Counted from the first letter of the stretch, positions 49,640 to 60,470 are shown. The stretch: 64,000 nucleotides of DNA from an uncultured Eubacteriales bacterium (GCA_902496015.1 CABUZJ010000003.1:82402-146401), one strand, 5' to 3'. Notes: generated by a model from the sequence alone, not told the origin. A program made the numbers and translations.

Positions 49640-50479
49640 TTACACCCCACCAGAAACTGAAATCCCAATTTCTTCATTATCTAATCTAAAATTACTTGTA
49701 ACAGTAATAACTACTTGGCTTCTGTCAGGATATTTTTCTGGTAATTGCTGAACTTCAGTCTGCCAAATCCTAAAAGCCCCTAAAACCTTTTCTGCCAAAT
49801 AATTAGTCCCATTAATTTCTATAGTTTCACCATCATCTAGTTTTAAAATCACTTTTTCTTCACCACTACCCGAAGTTGTGATACTTATGCTAGACATAAC
49901 ACCCATACTTAAATTAACATCATTGTCTATAATCCCAGAATAAACATCAACAATTACATTTTTTAAATGGTCATTTGAAACAAACGAACCAACTTCAATA
50001 TTACCAGAAGTAGAAGCCACACCAAATGGAAAATCTTCCCATTCGGGTAAATTAGATTCAAATGAACTCATTATTCCAGTTGAATGTTTTAATACTTTCA
50101 GGTCGGCATCTAAAATATAAGCAGACCCATCAGGTTGTGAAACCTTAAACATTGGTTCCCTTTCTGTCACATAAACAATAGCTTTATTAGGAAAATTTCT
50201 GGTAACTTTAACAACTTTTGCATAAGGAAAAGCTTTTTCAATTCTTTCCATATTTTTGTCGAAGTTTAAAAATAATATGTTTCTGCCGTAAGAAAAACCG
50301 CCTGCTTTAACCATTTCTTCCTTATCATAAGTAGCAAGAACTGAATTTTCTGTTTTAACAAGAGCAAATTCAATCGAAACGCTTTGCAAAGAAAATAATG
50401 CACTTCCTAAAACTAATAAAACTACGAAAACGCTAATTACCGTTAAAATGATTGCTAATCTTTTCCTACTTTTAAGCAT
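49640..50479 (-). CDS. ftsQ: Cell division protein FtsQ/DivIB (POTRA)
   Basis: 279 aa. N-terminal TM segment and POTRA-like region. Assigned from its position between murA and ftsA in the dcw cluster. Confidence 0.75.
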   Translation of the reverse strand: MLKSRKRLAIILTVISVFVVLLVLGSALFSLQSVSIEFALVKTENSVLATYDKEEMVKAGGFSYGRNILFLNFDKNMERIEKAFPYAKVVKVTRNFPNKAIVYVTEREPMFKVSQPDGSAYILDADLKVLKHSTGIMSSFESNLPEWEDFPFGVASTSGNIEVGSFVSNDHLKNVIVDVYSGIIDNDVNLSMGVMSSISITTSGSGEEKVILKLDDGETIEINGTNYLAEKVLGAFRIWQTEVQQLPEKYPDRSQVVITVTSNFRLDNEEIGISVSGGV

Positions 50480-50514
50480 AAAAACTCCTTTGTGTTAGGT
50501 AAAATTAAAGCAAA

Positions 50515-51765
50515 TCACTCTCTTTTAATTTCTGCACCAAGGCTTGCAAGCTTGTTTTCTAGTTCAAAATATCCCCTGTCAACATATTCAACATTATTTA
50601 CTACTGTGGTGCCTTTGGCAACCAAACCTGCTAAAACTAAACTAGCCCCACCCCTTAAATCAGTGGCATTAACTTCTGCCCCGCAAAGAGAACTTACGCC
50701 TCTTATTATTGCCATACGATCTCTTATTGTAATTTTTGCACCTAGCTTTAAAAGTTCTGGCACATGTTTAAAGCGGGTTTCAAAAAGATTTTCAGTTATA
50801 ATGCACATTCCATCACTTATTGTTTGCATAGCCATAATTTGTGCTTGCAAATCAGTTGGGAAACCAGGATAAGGTTGAGTTTCAACACTAGGCACTGCTT
50901 GAAGACGAGAGTTTGCTTCTAAATGTATTTTATCACTTTCAAGTGTTATAATGCAACCAGAATTACGCAATTTATTAATTAATAAATAAACATGTTCAAA
51001 ATTTGTATTTGTAATTGTAAGTTTTCCACCTGTCATTGCCCCTGCAATTAAATAAGTGCCAGCAATAATTCTATCACTAATTGGTAAGTATTCACCTCCA
51101 GATAAACTATTTACTCCAATAATTTCAATGGTGCTACTACCCGCTCCTTTTATTTTCCCACCTATTGAATTTATAAATTTAGCAAGATCAACAATTTCAG
51201 GCTCTTTTGCTGCATTTAAAATTGTGGTAATACCTTTTGTAAAAACACTTGCCATCATAATATTTTCAGTTGCACCAACACTAGGGTAATCAAGATGAAC
51301 TATTGCAGGTTTAATTTCCTTTGCAAAACAATCAATAAACCCATATTCTTCTTTTATTATAACACCAAGTTCTCTAAGTCCAAAAAGGTGCAAATCAATA
51401 GGCCTACTTCCAATATCGCACCCGCCTGGATAAGCTACTCTTGCCCTTTTATATTTAGCAATAAGTGGGCCCAACATAAAAATTGAAGAGCGAATATCCT
51501 TTGCTAAAACTTGCGAAATTTCAAAATTATAAATATTGCTATTGTCTATAATAGCATCATTGCCTTCAACTATAACTTTGCCACCCATTTCTCTTAAAAT
51601 ATCAAACATTTTATAAACATCAATAATGTGTGGTATATCTTTAATAACAATTTCTTTATCGGTTAAAATGCTTGCTGCAATTATAGGCAAAACTGCATTT
51701 TTAGCCGTTTCAACTTTAAGTGTACCATTTAGTTTTCTTCCTCCGCCAATTACAAATTTTTGCAT
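50515..51765 (-). CDS. murA: UDP-N-acetylglucosamine 1-carboxyvinyltransferase MurA
   Basis: FVIGGGRKLNGTLKVETAKNAVLPI and active-site loop PGGCDIGSRPIDLH. Start set at ATG 51765 (AGGTGG RBS); the ORF-track GTG at 51777 lies within the RBS. Confidence 0.95.
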   Translation of the reverse strand: MQKFVIGGGRKLNGTLKVETAKNAVLPIIAASILTDKEIVIKDIPHIIDVYKMFDILREMGGKVIVEGNDAIIDNSNIYNFEISQVLAKDIRSSIFMLGPLIAKYKRARVAYPGGCDIGSRPIDLHLFGLRELGVIIKEEYGFIDCFAKEIKPAIVHLDYPSVGATENIMMASVFTKGITTILNAAKEPEIVDLAKFINSIGGKIKGAGSSTIEIIGVNSLSGGEYLPISDRIIAGTYLIAGAMTGGKLTITNTNFEHVYLLINKLRNSGCIITLESDKIHLEANSRLQAVPSVETQPYPGFPTDLQAQIMAMQTISDGMCIITENLFETRFKHVPELLKLGAKITIRDRMAIIRGVSSLCGAEVNATDLRGGASLVLAGLVAKGTTVVNNVEYVDRGYFELENKLASLGAEIKRE

Positions 51766-51863
51766 AAAGTTATCCACCTAAGTTAACATTGTTCAAAGAA
51801 ATAAAAAATAACTTGAACACAATTTATATTACTCTTAGTTTCATCTTTTTGTGAATTTGAAAC

Positions 51864-53078
51864 TTAATTGCTATTTTTCAATTTTGTCATAAAATAACCC
51901 TTAAAACTCAATCTAGTTTTTAATTTAATTAAATTTTCCATAGATGAAGATTGTCTATTTATGTTTAATAAAATTCCTATGGCACTCATGAAAACTACCA
52001 AACTAGTTGAACCCGCTGAAATAAATGGCAATGGTAAACCCGTTGGCGGAATGGAACCAGTTACAACTGCCACATTAATTATAAATTGCACGGCAATAAC
52101 TGTTGCAATCCCAGATGCAAGCAAGCAACCAAACCTGTCAGTTGCCCTTAATGCAATTTTTATGGCATGAATAATTATGATTAAAAACATAATAATTACA
52201 AATAAACAACCAATAAAACCTAATTCTTCACCTATTATTGAAAATATAAAATCACTTTCTGCAAATGGTAAAAACAAATATTTTTGCCTTGAATTACCAT
52301 AACCCACACCAAAAAAACCACCAGCCCCAAGTGAATAAAGTGATTCAACTAATTGAAAGCCTTCACCCTGTGCAGAACTCCATGGATCTAGAAAGGCAAC
52401 TAATCTTCTTAGTCTATAAGGCTCTATTACAATTAAAAGGGGCACAAGCGCCATTGCTGGAATTGCAAAAAGCAAAAAATGTTTCACACTAACACCACCA
52501 ACAAAAAGCATTACAATCATGGTTAGCCCAACACACATGGTTATAGACATATTAGGTTCCATTATAATTAATCCACAAATCAAACAACCTGCAAAAACAA
52601 CGGGTATAATACCCTTTAATGTTTTAACTTTGTTATAGTTTTTACTAAGCACGCTCGCTGAAAAAATTATAAATGAAAACTTTGCTATTTCACTAGGCTG
52701 AATAGTTGTTATCCCTAAATTTAACCATCTCTTTGCCCCATAGTTTTCAACACCAATTTTTGGAACAAATACTAACGCTAGCATAATAACTGAAACAACT
52801 AAAGCCACCCATTTAATTTTATGTAAAAAATGATAATCAACAAAGTAAAGCCCTATGCAACAAATAAGTCCAATCACCGCTCCAATAATTTGTTTTTTTA
52901 CAAAGAAATATTCATTACCATAGCGCAATTCAGCACTAACAGAACTTGCACTATGAACCATAAACACACCAAAAACTACCAAAATTAAACAAGCAAACAG
53001 TAAAATATAATCAATCTTTAGATTTAGTTTTTGTTTTGGTTTTGCATTTTGATTTGTTTTTGCTTTGTTTGGTCTCAT
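51864..53078 (-). CDS. ftsW: SEDS-family peptidoglycan polymerase FtsW/SpoVE
   Basis: 404 aa. About 10 TM segments. SEDS blocks (ESDFIFSIIGEELGF, PLPFISAGSTS). AAGGAG RBS inside the murD 3' end (68-nt overlap). Confidence 0.9.
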   Translation of the reverse strand: MRPNKAKTNQNAKPKQKLNLKIDYILLFACLILVVFGVFMVHSASSVSAELRYGNEYFFVKKQIIGAVIGLICCIGLYFVDYHFLHKIKWVALVVSVIMLALVFVPKIGVENYGAKRWLNLGITTIQPSEIAKFSFIIFSASVLSKNYNKVKTLKGIIPVVFAGCLICGLIIMEPNMSITMCVGLTMIVMLFVGGVSVKHFLLFAIPAMALVPLLIVIEPYRLRRLVAFLDPWSSAQGEGFQLVESLYSLGAGGFFGVGYGNSRQKYLFLPFAESDFIFSIIGEELGFIGCLFVIIMFLIIIIHAIKIALRATDRFGCLLASGIATVIAVQFIINVAVVTGSIPPTGLPLPFISAGSTSLVVFMSAIGILLNINRQSSSMENLIKLKTRLSFKGYFMTKLKNSN

Positions 53079-54372
53079 TTTTTATTTTCTCCTTAACGGC
53101 ACAAACAAAAAATTTTCCACGCTCTTCATAATTAGAAAACATATCAAAGCTTGCTGTGGCAGGAGAAAGTAACACAATTCCACCTTTATTTTTTAAAATT
53201 GAATAACCCAGATTAACCCCCTGTTTTAGTGAAGTTATAACCTTAATATTTTCAAAATTAAATTTTTTGGCAGATTTTATAATCTTATCTTTTACTTCTC
53301 CTATAACTAAAATTTGAATAATATTAGATGGTATGTTTAAAAATACTTCATCAAATCCAAAACCTTTATCACTACCACCTAAAATTAATACCACTTGACA
53401 ATCAAAACTATTTATTGCAACTATGGTGCTTTGCGGGTTAGTTGCTTTACTATCGTTATAAAAGTCAACTTTATTTAAGCTTGCAACATATTGCAATCTG
53501 TGTTCAACTCCATAAAAATTAGTTAATACATTTTTAATTCGTTTAACATCTCCACCAGCAAGCAAATACATACAAATAGCACATAAAGCATTGCTTAAAT
53601 TGTGATCACCAACGATTTTTAAACAATTAGTTTTGCAAATTTTAGTTATATTATTTTTGTTGTCTTTAAAATATATGATACCATTTTCTGTAAAACAACC
53701 AACAACCTGTTTTTTAGTAGAAAAATAATAAGTTTTACATGACAAATTTTTTACATTTTTCATAACAATTGCGTCATCTGCATTTAAAACAGCATAGTCG
53801 TTAGAATTCATATTTTTAAAAATATTTAACTTTGTTTTTATATAATTTTTTAAATTTTTATACCTATTCAAATGGTCACTAGAAAAATTTAAAATACATG
53901 CAATATGTGGCTTAAAAAATTTCATCGTTTCAAGTTGAAAACTAGAAACTTCTAACACAACCTTATCTTCAAATTTAGTATCACCTACAAAATCTGCAAA
54001 TGGTATACCAATGTTTCCGCCAACAAAGGTTTTAAATGAAGTAGAACATAATTTTGAAAGCAAAGTTGTGGTGGTAGTTTTGCCATTGGTACCCGTTACA
54101 GCTAAAATGTCACAAGTACAAATCCTTGAAGATAATTCTAGTTCTCCTATAACTTCGATTTTTTGCTTTTTTGCTTGTTTAATAATTTTATGGTTTAATC
54201 CCACTGCTGGACTTACAACAATAAAAGACAAGTCACTGGGTAACTTGCCTTCTAATTTGTAATTATATTTACTTAGTTTATCATCAACTTTTATAACTTC
54301 ATATCCATTGTCTTCAAGTAATTTACTAGCACTTTCACCACTTTTACCTAAACCTAAAACTAATGCCTTCAA
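53011..54372 (-). CDS. murD: UDP-N-acetylmuramoylalanine--D-glutamate ligase MurD
   Basis: GLGKSG N-terminus and Mur ligase P-loop VTGTNGKTTT. TTG start after GGGAGGG. Lys-rich 3' extension and TGA stop. Confidence 0.93.
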   Translation of the reverse strand: MKALVLGLGKSGESASKLLEDNGYEVIKVDDKLSKYNYKLEGKLPSDLSFIVVSPAVGLNHKIIKQAKKQKIEVIGELELSSRICTCDILAVTGTNGKTTTTTLLSKLCSTSFKTFVGGNIGIPFADFVGDTKFEDKVVLEVSSFQLETMKFFKPHIACILNFSSDHLNRYKNLKNYIKTKLNIFKNMNSNDYAVLNADDAIVMKNVKNLSCKTYYFSTKKQVVGCFTENGIIYFKDNKNNITKICKTNCLKIVGDHNLSNALCAICMYLLAGGDVKRIKNVLTNFYGVEHRLQYVASLNKVDFYNDSKATNPQSTIVAINSFDCQVVLILGGSDKGFGFDEVFLNIPSNIIQILVIGEVKDKIIKSAKKFNFENIKVITSLKQGVNLGYSILKNKGGIVLLSPATASFDMFSNYEERGKFFVCAVKEKIKNETKQSKNKSKCKTKTKTKSKD

Positions 54373-54383
54373 AATACCCTCCC

Positions 54384-55394
54384 TTAAAGTATTTCAAACA
54401 ACACACATATAAGTCCAAGCATTACAGTTACAATGGAATACCAAATAACAATTTTAACTTCGCAAACGCCTTTCTTTTCAAAATGATGGTGCAAAGGTGC
54501 CATTAAAAATACTCTTTTCTTAGTCTTTTTATAATATGCCACCTGAATTATAACCGACACACTTGAAAGAACAAACATTAAGCCTATAATTGGAATAAAT
54601 AATGAGTTTCTTGTAAATATTGCAACTGATGCCACAAGCCCTCCTAGTGCAAGAGAGCCAGTGTCTCCCATAAAAATTTTAGCTGGATAACCATTAAAAA
54701 GTAAAAATGCAAGCATTGCACCCATTGTTATTGTGCACATTAAAAGTATGTTATTATATTCATTTTGCATGTAAATATTAAGTCCTGAAAGCCTATATGA
54801 AAACATCGAAAGCAAAAGCAATGCAAAAGTAAACATAAACCCAAGGGTTGTAGTTCCTGCTAGCCCATCAAGCCCATCAGTTAAATTAACGCTATTAGTG
54901 CAAGCAAGAAATATAATAACTACAAACGGTATTATAAATACCCCAATATCAATTTGTGCATTAACAAAAGGAATATAAAGCACGCCACCCACAAGACTTT
55001 CACTTTTATATGCAAATATTGCAACTGCGATTGCTACCACAAGTTGTGAAATTATTTTTTGATACGGCCTAAGTCCTAAATTTCTTTTAAACTTAAATTT
55101 AATAAAATCATCTAAAAAACCAATTAATGCAAATGAAAATGTAACAATTATTGTCATTAAGGCAAGTGTGTTGTCTTTTCCACAAAAAATCAATCCGCAA
55201 ACACAAATAGCAATAACAAATGCTATTCCACCCATTGTTGGCGTTCCACTTTTTTGTGAGTGCATTTCAACATAATGCAAAATTACTTGTTTAATCTTTT
55301 CTTTTCTTAAATACCAAATAAGAATAGGCAGTAATATTACTACCAAACAAAAACCTGAAAACAAACTTATAAGCAACTTTGCATTAAAATTCAT
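54384..55394 (-). CDS. mraY: Phospho-N-acetylmuramoyl-pentapeptide transferase MraY
   Basis: PTMGG, NLTDGLDGLA and MGDTGSLALGG motifs. Confidence 0.96.
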   Translation of the reverse strand: MNFNAKLLISLFSGFCLVVILLPILIWYLRKEKIKQVILHYVEMHSQKSGTPTMGGIAFVIAICVCGLIFCGKDNTLALMTIIVTFSFALIGFLDDFIKFKFKRNLGLRPYQKIISQLVVAIAVAIFAYKSESLVGGVLYIPFVNAQIDIGVFIIPFVVIIFLACTNSVNLTDGLDGLAGTTTLGFMFTFALLLLSMFSYRLSGLNIYMQNEYNNILLMCTITMGAMLAFLLFNGYPAKIFMGDTGSLALGGLVASVAIFTRNSLFIPIIGLMFVLSSVSVIIQVAYYKKTKKRVFLMAPLHHHFEKKGVCEVKIVIWYSIVTVMLGLICVLFEIL

Positions 55395-55400
55395 AACTAA

Positions 55401-56849
55401 TTATTCCTTTACTGGTCTTGTTTCAATTTCGTCCACCACTTCTCTATCACTATAAGGCACTTTAACCCCTTTTATATCTAAATAATCTTCATTGCCTTTC
55501 CCTAAAATAGCCACAACATCACCCGGTTTTGCAAGACTTATTGCTTTTTTTATTGCTTCTTTTCTATCCACAATAGTTTCATAATTGCTATAATTCTTTA
55601 TTCCTTTGCAAATATTTTTAATAATTTGTTCTGGGTCTTCATATCGTGGATTATCGCTGGTTATAACTGCATAATCAGCTAAATCGCAAGCAATTTGCCC
55701 CATGAGTGGTCGCTTTGATGCATCTCTATTACCACCACAGCCAAAAACTGCTATAACTTTATTATTATTAGCCATTTGCTTTGTGGCACTTAAAATGTTT
55801 GCAATCCCGTCGGGAGTGTGGGCATAGTCTATAACCACATGAACCCCATTTTTATCTATTTTGTTAAACCTACCTGCAACGGGTGGAAAATTAGCAAGAC
55901 TTTTCGCAACTTTTTGTTGGTCTAACCCTAAAATTTCTGCTACGGCAATACCTGCAAGAGCATTCGAAATGTTAAACTTGCCATCTAATTGAATGTCGAA
56001 CTTTTGATTTTTGCTTCCAATATGTGCCATAAAACTTTGTCCATTTTTATTTTGTGTAACATATTCTGCTTTTATGTCTGCATTTTCGTCAATACCATAA
56101 CTTAAACAAGGTATTTCGCTTTTATAAAATAATCTATCGCCATAATAATCATCTGCATTAAAAATTGCAATTTTACTTTTACCCTTTTTAAATAATTTCT
56201 CCTTAGCCTTAGCATAATTATCCATGTCTTTGAAAAAGTCTAAATGGTCTTGTGTAATATTAGTTAAAATTGAAATATCGGCTTGAATTCCTGCTAATTT
56301 TTCTAGTGCCAACGCATGAGCACTTGCTTCCATACAAACAAAATTACAATTTTCTTTTTTCATTTGGTTTAGCAAATCAAACAATTCTATTGGGTCTGGT
56401 GTTGTTAAATTAGAATTAATATGTTTGTCACCTATCTGTGTGCCATTTGTGCCAATAACACCAACTTTAAAACCAGCATCTTCTAAAATTTTCTTTAAAA
56501 TATAAGTAGTTGTGGTTTTTCCATTTGTTCCTGTAACCATTATAACTTTCATATTTTTTTGCGGGTAATTGTAAAACCTACTTGCCATTTCACCCATAGC
56601 TTTTCTTGAATTTTCAACAACAATTTGCGTCACATCATCTGGCAAATTCAATATTTTTTCACAAACAACAGCTTTTGCACCATTTTTTACTGCATCTAAT
56701 GCAAATTTATGCCCGTCTGTGTGAGTTCCATTAATGCAAAAATATAAACTACCTTCTTTAATTTTTTTACTGTTACAAGACAAACTTGTAATCTCACAAT
56801 CTTCCCCTAAAATTTTATCTTCAGTACCAACTAAATTACTTACTTTCAT
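55401..56849 (-). CDS. murE: UDP-N-acetylmuramoyl-L-alanyl-D-glutamate--2,6-diaminopimelate ligase MurE
   Basis: Mur ligase P-loop VTGTNGKTTT. The DNPR motif (ITSDNPRYEDP) is associated with DAP-adding enzymes. Confidence 0.93.
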   Translation of the reverse strand: MKVSNLVGTEDKILGEDCEITSLSCNSKKIKEGSLYFCINGTHTDGHKFALDAVKNGAKAVVCEKILNLPDDVTQIVVENSRKAMGEMASRFYNYPQKNMKVIMVTGTNGKTTTTYILKKILEDAGFKVGVIGTNGTQIGDKHINSNLTTPDPIELFDLLNQMKKENCNFVCMEASAHALALEKLAGIQADISILTNITQDHLDFFKDMDNYAKAKEKLFKKGKSKIAIFNADDYYGDRLFYKSEIPCLSYGIDENADIKAEYVTQNKNGQSFMAHIGSKNQKFDIQLDGKFNISNALAGIAVAEILGLDQQKVAKSLANFPPVAGRFNKIDKNGVHVVIDYAHTPDGIANILSATKQMANNNKVIAVFGCGGNRDASKRPLMGQIACDLADYAVITSDNPRYEDPEQIIKNICKGIKNYSNYETIVDRKEAIKKAISLAKPGDVVAILGKGNEDYLDIKGVKVPYSDREVVDEIETRPVKE

Positions 56850-56861
56850 ATTATTCTCCCA

Positions 56862-58775
56862 TTATTCCATAATTAATAACACAATATCACCACTGAAAAC
56901 CATTGTGTCAGGAGCAGATATCTGCCCAGTTACAACTTTGCCTTCACCTGCCACTAAATATTTTAGCCCTAATTTAGTTATTTCTGTTGCGGCCTGAGTT
57001 AAAGTTTTGCCTATAAAACTTGGAAGTTTAATATTTGCTTCAAGTTCTTTTTGTTCAGCTTCTAAATTGGCATTTGCTTCTTGACCTCTAATTTCAAAAA
57101 TTTTTTCAAAAATTTGCTTAGCAACAGGTGCTGCAACAACACTACCATAATAGGCACCTTGTGGCTCATCAACGGTAACAAGAACAATATATTCAGGATT
57201 ATCTGCTGGCGTGTAACCAATAAAAGATGCAACATATTTTCCTTGAGCAATGGCTCCATTTTCATATTTTTGTGCAGTTCCAGTTTTTCCAGCAATGCTA
57301 TAACCCGCAACCTTTGCTTTTTTACCGCCACCACTATCAACAACTTCTTCTAGCATTTCATTCATTAACTTGCTTACAGATGAACTCACAACATTTCTAA
57401 TTACAGTGCTTTCTTTATTGTAAACCACATTCCCTGCATTGTTATAAATGCTTTTTACAAAATATGGTTGCATAAGATTTCCACCATTAATAACTGCACT
57501 AACTGCATTTGTAAGCCCTAATGGGGTAACCGCAATCGCCTGTCCAAAGCCCATTCTATATAAATCACCTGCTGTAACCATAGATTTTGGCATTGTTATT
57601 GCTTTACCCTCTCCACCAATATCTAAGTTGTAGCCTTCAGTTAAACCAAATTTTTCCATATAAGAATAGAATTTATCTAATCCTATTCTATTTGCCAGTT
57701 CCATAAACACACAGTTACAAGAATTAGACAATCCTTGTAATAAATTTTGCGAGCCATGTCCAGTTCTTCTATGGCAGTTAATTTTCACGCCATTCACAAT
57801 TCTAAATCCACTACAATAAAAATAGTCATGTTTACTTGTTAAACCTTCATTTAAAGCAATTGCTGCTGTTAGAATTTTAAAAGTAGACCCTGGTTCATAG
57901 GCATCTGAAATAGCAATATTTTTAGCCATTTGCATTAACGCACTAACATTGTCTCTTGGAACATCATTTAAGTTAAATGATGGTTTTGTAGTCATTGCAA
58001 TAACTTCGCCAGTCTGCGGATTTAAAACAACTGCTGTTGCACTTTTAGCCCCATTTGTTAAATAACAAGTTTGCATAATTTCTTCAACTGCTTGCTGAAT
58101 TTTAAAATCTATTGTAAGTTGCAAGTTTAACCCATCAATTGGTTCAATGTAATAGGTTGAAGAGCTATCAAGTGTTGAACCTTTAATATCACTTTCCACA
58201 AGGCTAACCCCATCAACACCCTTTAAGTATTTATTATAATAGGCTTCTAGTCCTGTTTGCCCATCGCCATCACTATTGGTAAAGCCCAAAACCTGCGTTA
58301 ATAAGTCATCATAGGCATAGTTTCTGCTTGAAGTTTGGCTGAAAAATATTCCTCTTTGATAATGTTTTAAAATTTCTTGCATTTGCTCATGCGTAATTTT
58401 ACTAGCAATTTTAATTTCGCTAATTCCTTTTTTACTAACTTTTTCTAACACCTCATCATAATTCAAACTTAAATTAGATGAAATAACTTGGGCAACAAGG
58501 TTACTGTCTTTAACATCAGCAGGACGAACATAAACATCATAACTAGTAACACTGCTTGCCAACACAACCCCATTTCTATCTGTAATTGTGCCTCTAATTG
58601 CCTCTGTTGGAATATCTCTTAACCACTGACTAAGTGCCTTAGCTTGAAGAGATTTACCACAAATTACTTGTAAATAAAATAACCTTGCAACAAGCAGAAG
58701 CAAAAAAAAGATTATCAGCGTAATAAATGCTAATAATCTCTTTCGTAAGCTAAATGAAGTGTATTTAACTTCCAC
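56862..58775 (-). CDS. Class B penicillin-binding protein (SpoVD/PBP2B/FtsI type) with C-terminal PASTA domain
   Basis: Transpeptidase motifs STFK, SNS and KTGT. N-terminal TM segment. PASTA-like C-terminus. The likely start is GTG 58775 (AGGAGAG RBS); the ORF-track TTG at 58793 is the alternative. Confidence 0.9.
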   Translation of the reverse strand: MEVKYTSFSLRKRLLAFITLIIFFLLLLVARLFYLQVICGKSLQAKALSQWLRDIPTEAIRGTITDRNGVVLASSVTSYDVYVRPADVKDSNLVAQVISSNLSLNYDEVLEKVSKKGISEIKIASKITHEQMQEILKHYQRGIFFSQTSSRNYAYDDLLTQVLGFTNSDGDGQTGLEAYYNKYLKGVDGVSLVESDIKGSTLDSSSTYYIEPIDGLNLQLTIDFKIQQAVEEIMQTCYLTNGAKSATAVVLNPQTGEVIAMTTKPSFNLNDVPRDNVSALMQMAKNIAISDAYEPGSTFKILTAAIALNEGLTSKHDYFYCSGFRIVNGVKINCHRRTGHGSQNLLQGLSNSCNCVFMELANRIGLDKFYSYMEKFGLTEGYNLDIGGEGKAITMPKSMVTAGDLYRMGFGQAIAVTPLGLTNAVSAVINGGNLMQPYFVKSIYNNAGNVVYNKESTVIRNVVSSSVSKLMNEMLEEVVDSGGGKKAKVAGYSIAGKTGTAQKYENGAIAQGKYVASFIGYTPADNPEYIVLVTVDEPQGAYYGSVVAAPVAKQIFEKIFEIRGQEANANLEAEQKELEANIKLPSFIGKTLTQAATEITKLGLKYLVAGEGKVVTGQISAPDTMVFSGDIVLLIME

Positions 58776-58798
58776 AATTTCTCTCCTAAACAATAAGT

Positions 58799-59443
58799 TT
58801 AGAACAGACTACTAAAAAATTCACAAATCTTATCAAACCAATTAGTTGGTGCTTGGTAAGAAGTGGTAACATCAAGTTCTGGGCGTGCCACAATAATGGT
58901 ATTAGAACTATCAGCTTCAATAAATTCTCCAGAAACTTGATCTTTTATTGCTTGTTCTGTTCCTAACTCATTATATTGCGCTTGAAGATTATTTATAACC
59001 TCGGCACTTGCACTAACTTCAATTTGTTTTGAAGCTAAGATTGCTGTTCCACTTGAAATTGCAACAGCGTTATAAATTGCAAAACCAATTAAAAGTGCCA
59101 CCACCAAACTATAAACTGTTATCATAATTTTAAGTCTTGGACTTAATTTTGTGGCTGATTTAGTTTGCGTTATAACCTGTTTTCTTTGCACCTGTTGCAT
59201 TGCAGGTGTAACCACCCTAAATTCTTCTTGCTCTTCTTCAACTTTACTATTATATTCCTTTTCAATTTCAAAAGCAGGTTCAGTATCAGTGGTGGTTGTA
59301 AAGGAATTATTGTAACTTGGCATAGTTAAAGTTGAGGTCTGTAAGTTTTCCTCTTCTTCATCTTCATTAGTTGGAGAATAAGCGTTATTGCCAAAAATTG
59401 GATAGCGCTCAGTCGTTCTAGTTCTTGATTGTGTAGTAACCAT
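58799..59443 (-). CDS. Bitopic membrane protein in the FtsL position of the dcw cluster (FtsL-like, long acidic N-terminal region)
   Basis: Single TM segment (IMITVYSLVVALLIGFAIYNAV) followed by a coiled-coil-like segment. The assignment is positional. Start set at ATG 59443 (AAGGAGGG RBS). Confidence 0.55.
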   Translation of the reverse strand: MVTTQSRTRTTERYPIFGNNAYSPTNEDEEEENLQTSTLTMPSYNNSFTTTTDTEPAFEIEKEYNSKVEEEQEEFRVVTPAMQQVQRKQVITQTKSATKLSPRLKIMITVYSLVVALLIGFAIYNAVAISSGTAILASKQIEVSASAEVINNLQAQYNELGTEQAIKDQVSGEFIEADSSNTIIVARPELDVTTSYQAPTNWFDKICEFFSSLF

Positions 59444-59519
59444 AATTCCCTCCTTTGCAAAATCCATCTTCCCAAATGGTTTTGCATTTTGTTTATCCGT
59501 TTAAAATAATATTATTATC

Positions 59520-60470
59520 CTAAACTTCATTTTGTTTTATCTTTTCAGCAATCCTAAGTTTTGCACTTGCACTTCTTGGGTTTGCTTTTCTTTCATAATC
59601 GCTAGCAATTATTGGTTTAGAATTCACTAATTTTATGATTGCATTATCCCCACCGCAAACACAAAACGGAATCTCTGGCGGACACTTACATTTTGTTGCA
59701 AGTTCTTTAAAGGTATTTTTAACAATTCTATCTTCTAAACTATGAAAAGTTAAAATTGCAATTCTTCCCCCAACCTTTAAACAATTAACCGCATCAATAA
59801 TTGTTTTAGCAATTATTTCAAGTTCATTATTTACCTCTATTCTTATTGCTTGAAATGTTCTTTGCACATTGCTAGAACCATCTACACCCTTATATCTAGG
59901 AACAGCATTTAATATTATTTGTTTTAATTCAAATGTTGTTTGTATGGGTTTAACTTTTCTAGCCATATCTATGTGGCGAGCAATGCTAGAGGCAAAACGC
60001 TCCTCGCCATAGTCATAAATTACTTTTTTTAGTTGTTCCACGCTATAATTATTCACTACATCATAAGCACTAAATTGCAAGTCTTTGTTCATTCGCATAT
60101 CAAGCGGAGCATCAAATCTAAATGAAAAACCCCTGCTAGCGTTATCTAATTGATAACTAGAAACACCTAAATCAATTAACACACCATCAACTGCATTAAT
60201 ATTCAAATTGTCAAGTATCGCTTTTATGTTAGAAAAGTTATCATGCACTAAAATTGCTCTTTGTTTAAACTCTTCTAACTTTTTCTTACTGGCATTAATT
60301 GCATCTATATCTTGGTCAACACCTATAAGACTGCTGTTTTTTGTTCGCATTAATATTTCATAACTGTGCCCAGCCCCACCAACCGTTAGGTCAACATAAA
60401 TCCCATTATCTTTAAGATTAAGTGCTTCTAAGCATTCGTTTAACATAACTGGTAAATGCTTAAATTCCAC
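59520..60470 (-). CDS. rsmH: 16S rRNA (cytosine1402-N4)-methyltransferase RsmH (MraW)
   Basis: HLPVMLNECLEAL, DLTVGGAGHS and FHSLEDRIVK motifs. GTG start overlapping the mraZ TAG by 1 nt. Confidence 0.95.
   Translation of the reverse strand: MEFKHLPVMLNECLEALNLKDNGIYVDLTVGGAGHSYEILMRTKNSSLIGVDQDIDAINASKKKLEEFKQRAILVHDNFSNIKAILDNLNINAVDGVLIDLGVSSYQLDNASRGFSFRFDAPLDMRMNKDLQFSAYDVVNNYSVEQLKKVIYDYGEERFASSIARHIDMARKVKPIQTTFELKQIILNAVPRYKGVDGSSNVQRTFQAIRIEVNNELEIIAKTIIDAVNCLKVGGRIAILTFHSLEDRIVKNTFKELATKCKCPPEIPFCVCGGDNAIIKLVNSKPIIASDYERKANPRSASAKLRIAEKIKQNEV

Noticed and set aside
49600-49640. Possible terminator between ftsQ and ftsA
   Set aside because: The best stem (GCCATCTT/AAGAAGGC) has a mismatch and a 2-nt loop, which is not a convincing hairpin. 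ftsQ-ftsA may be co-transcribed or separated by a signal I cannot see.
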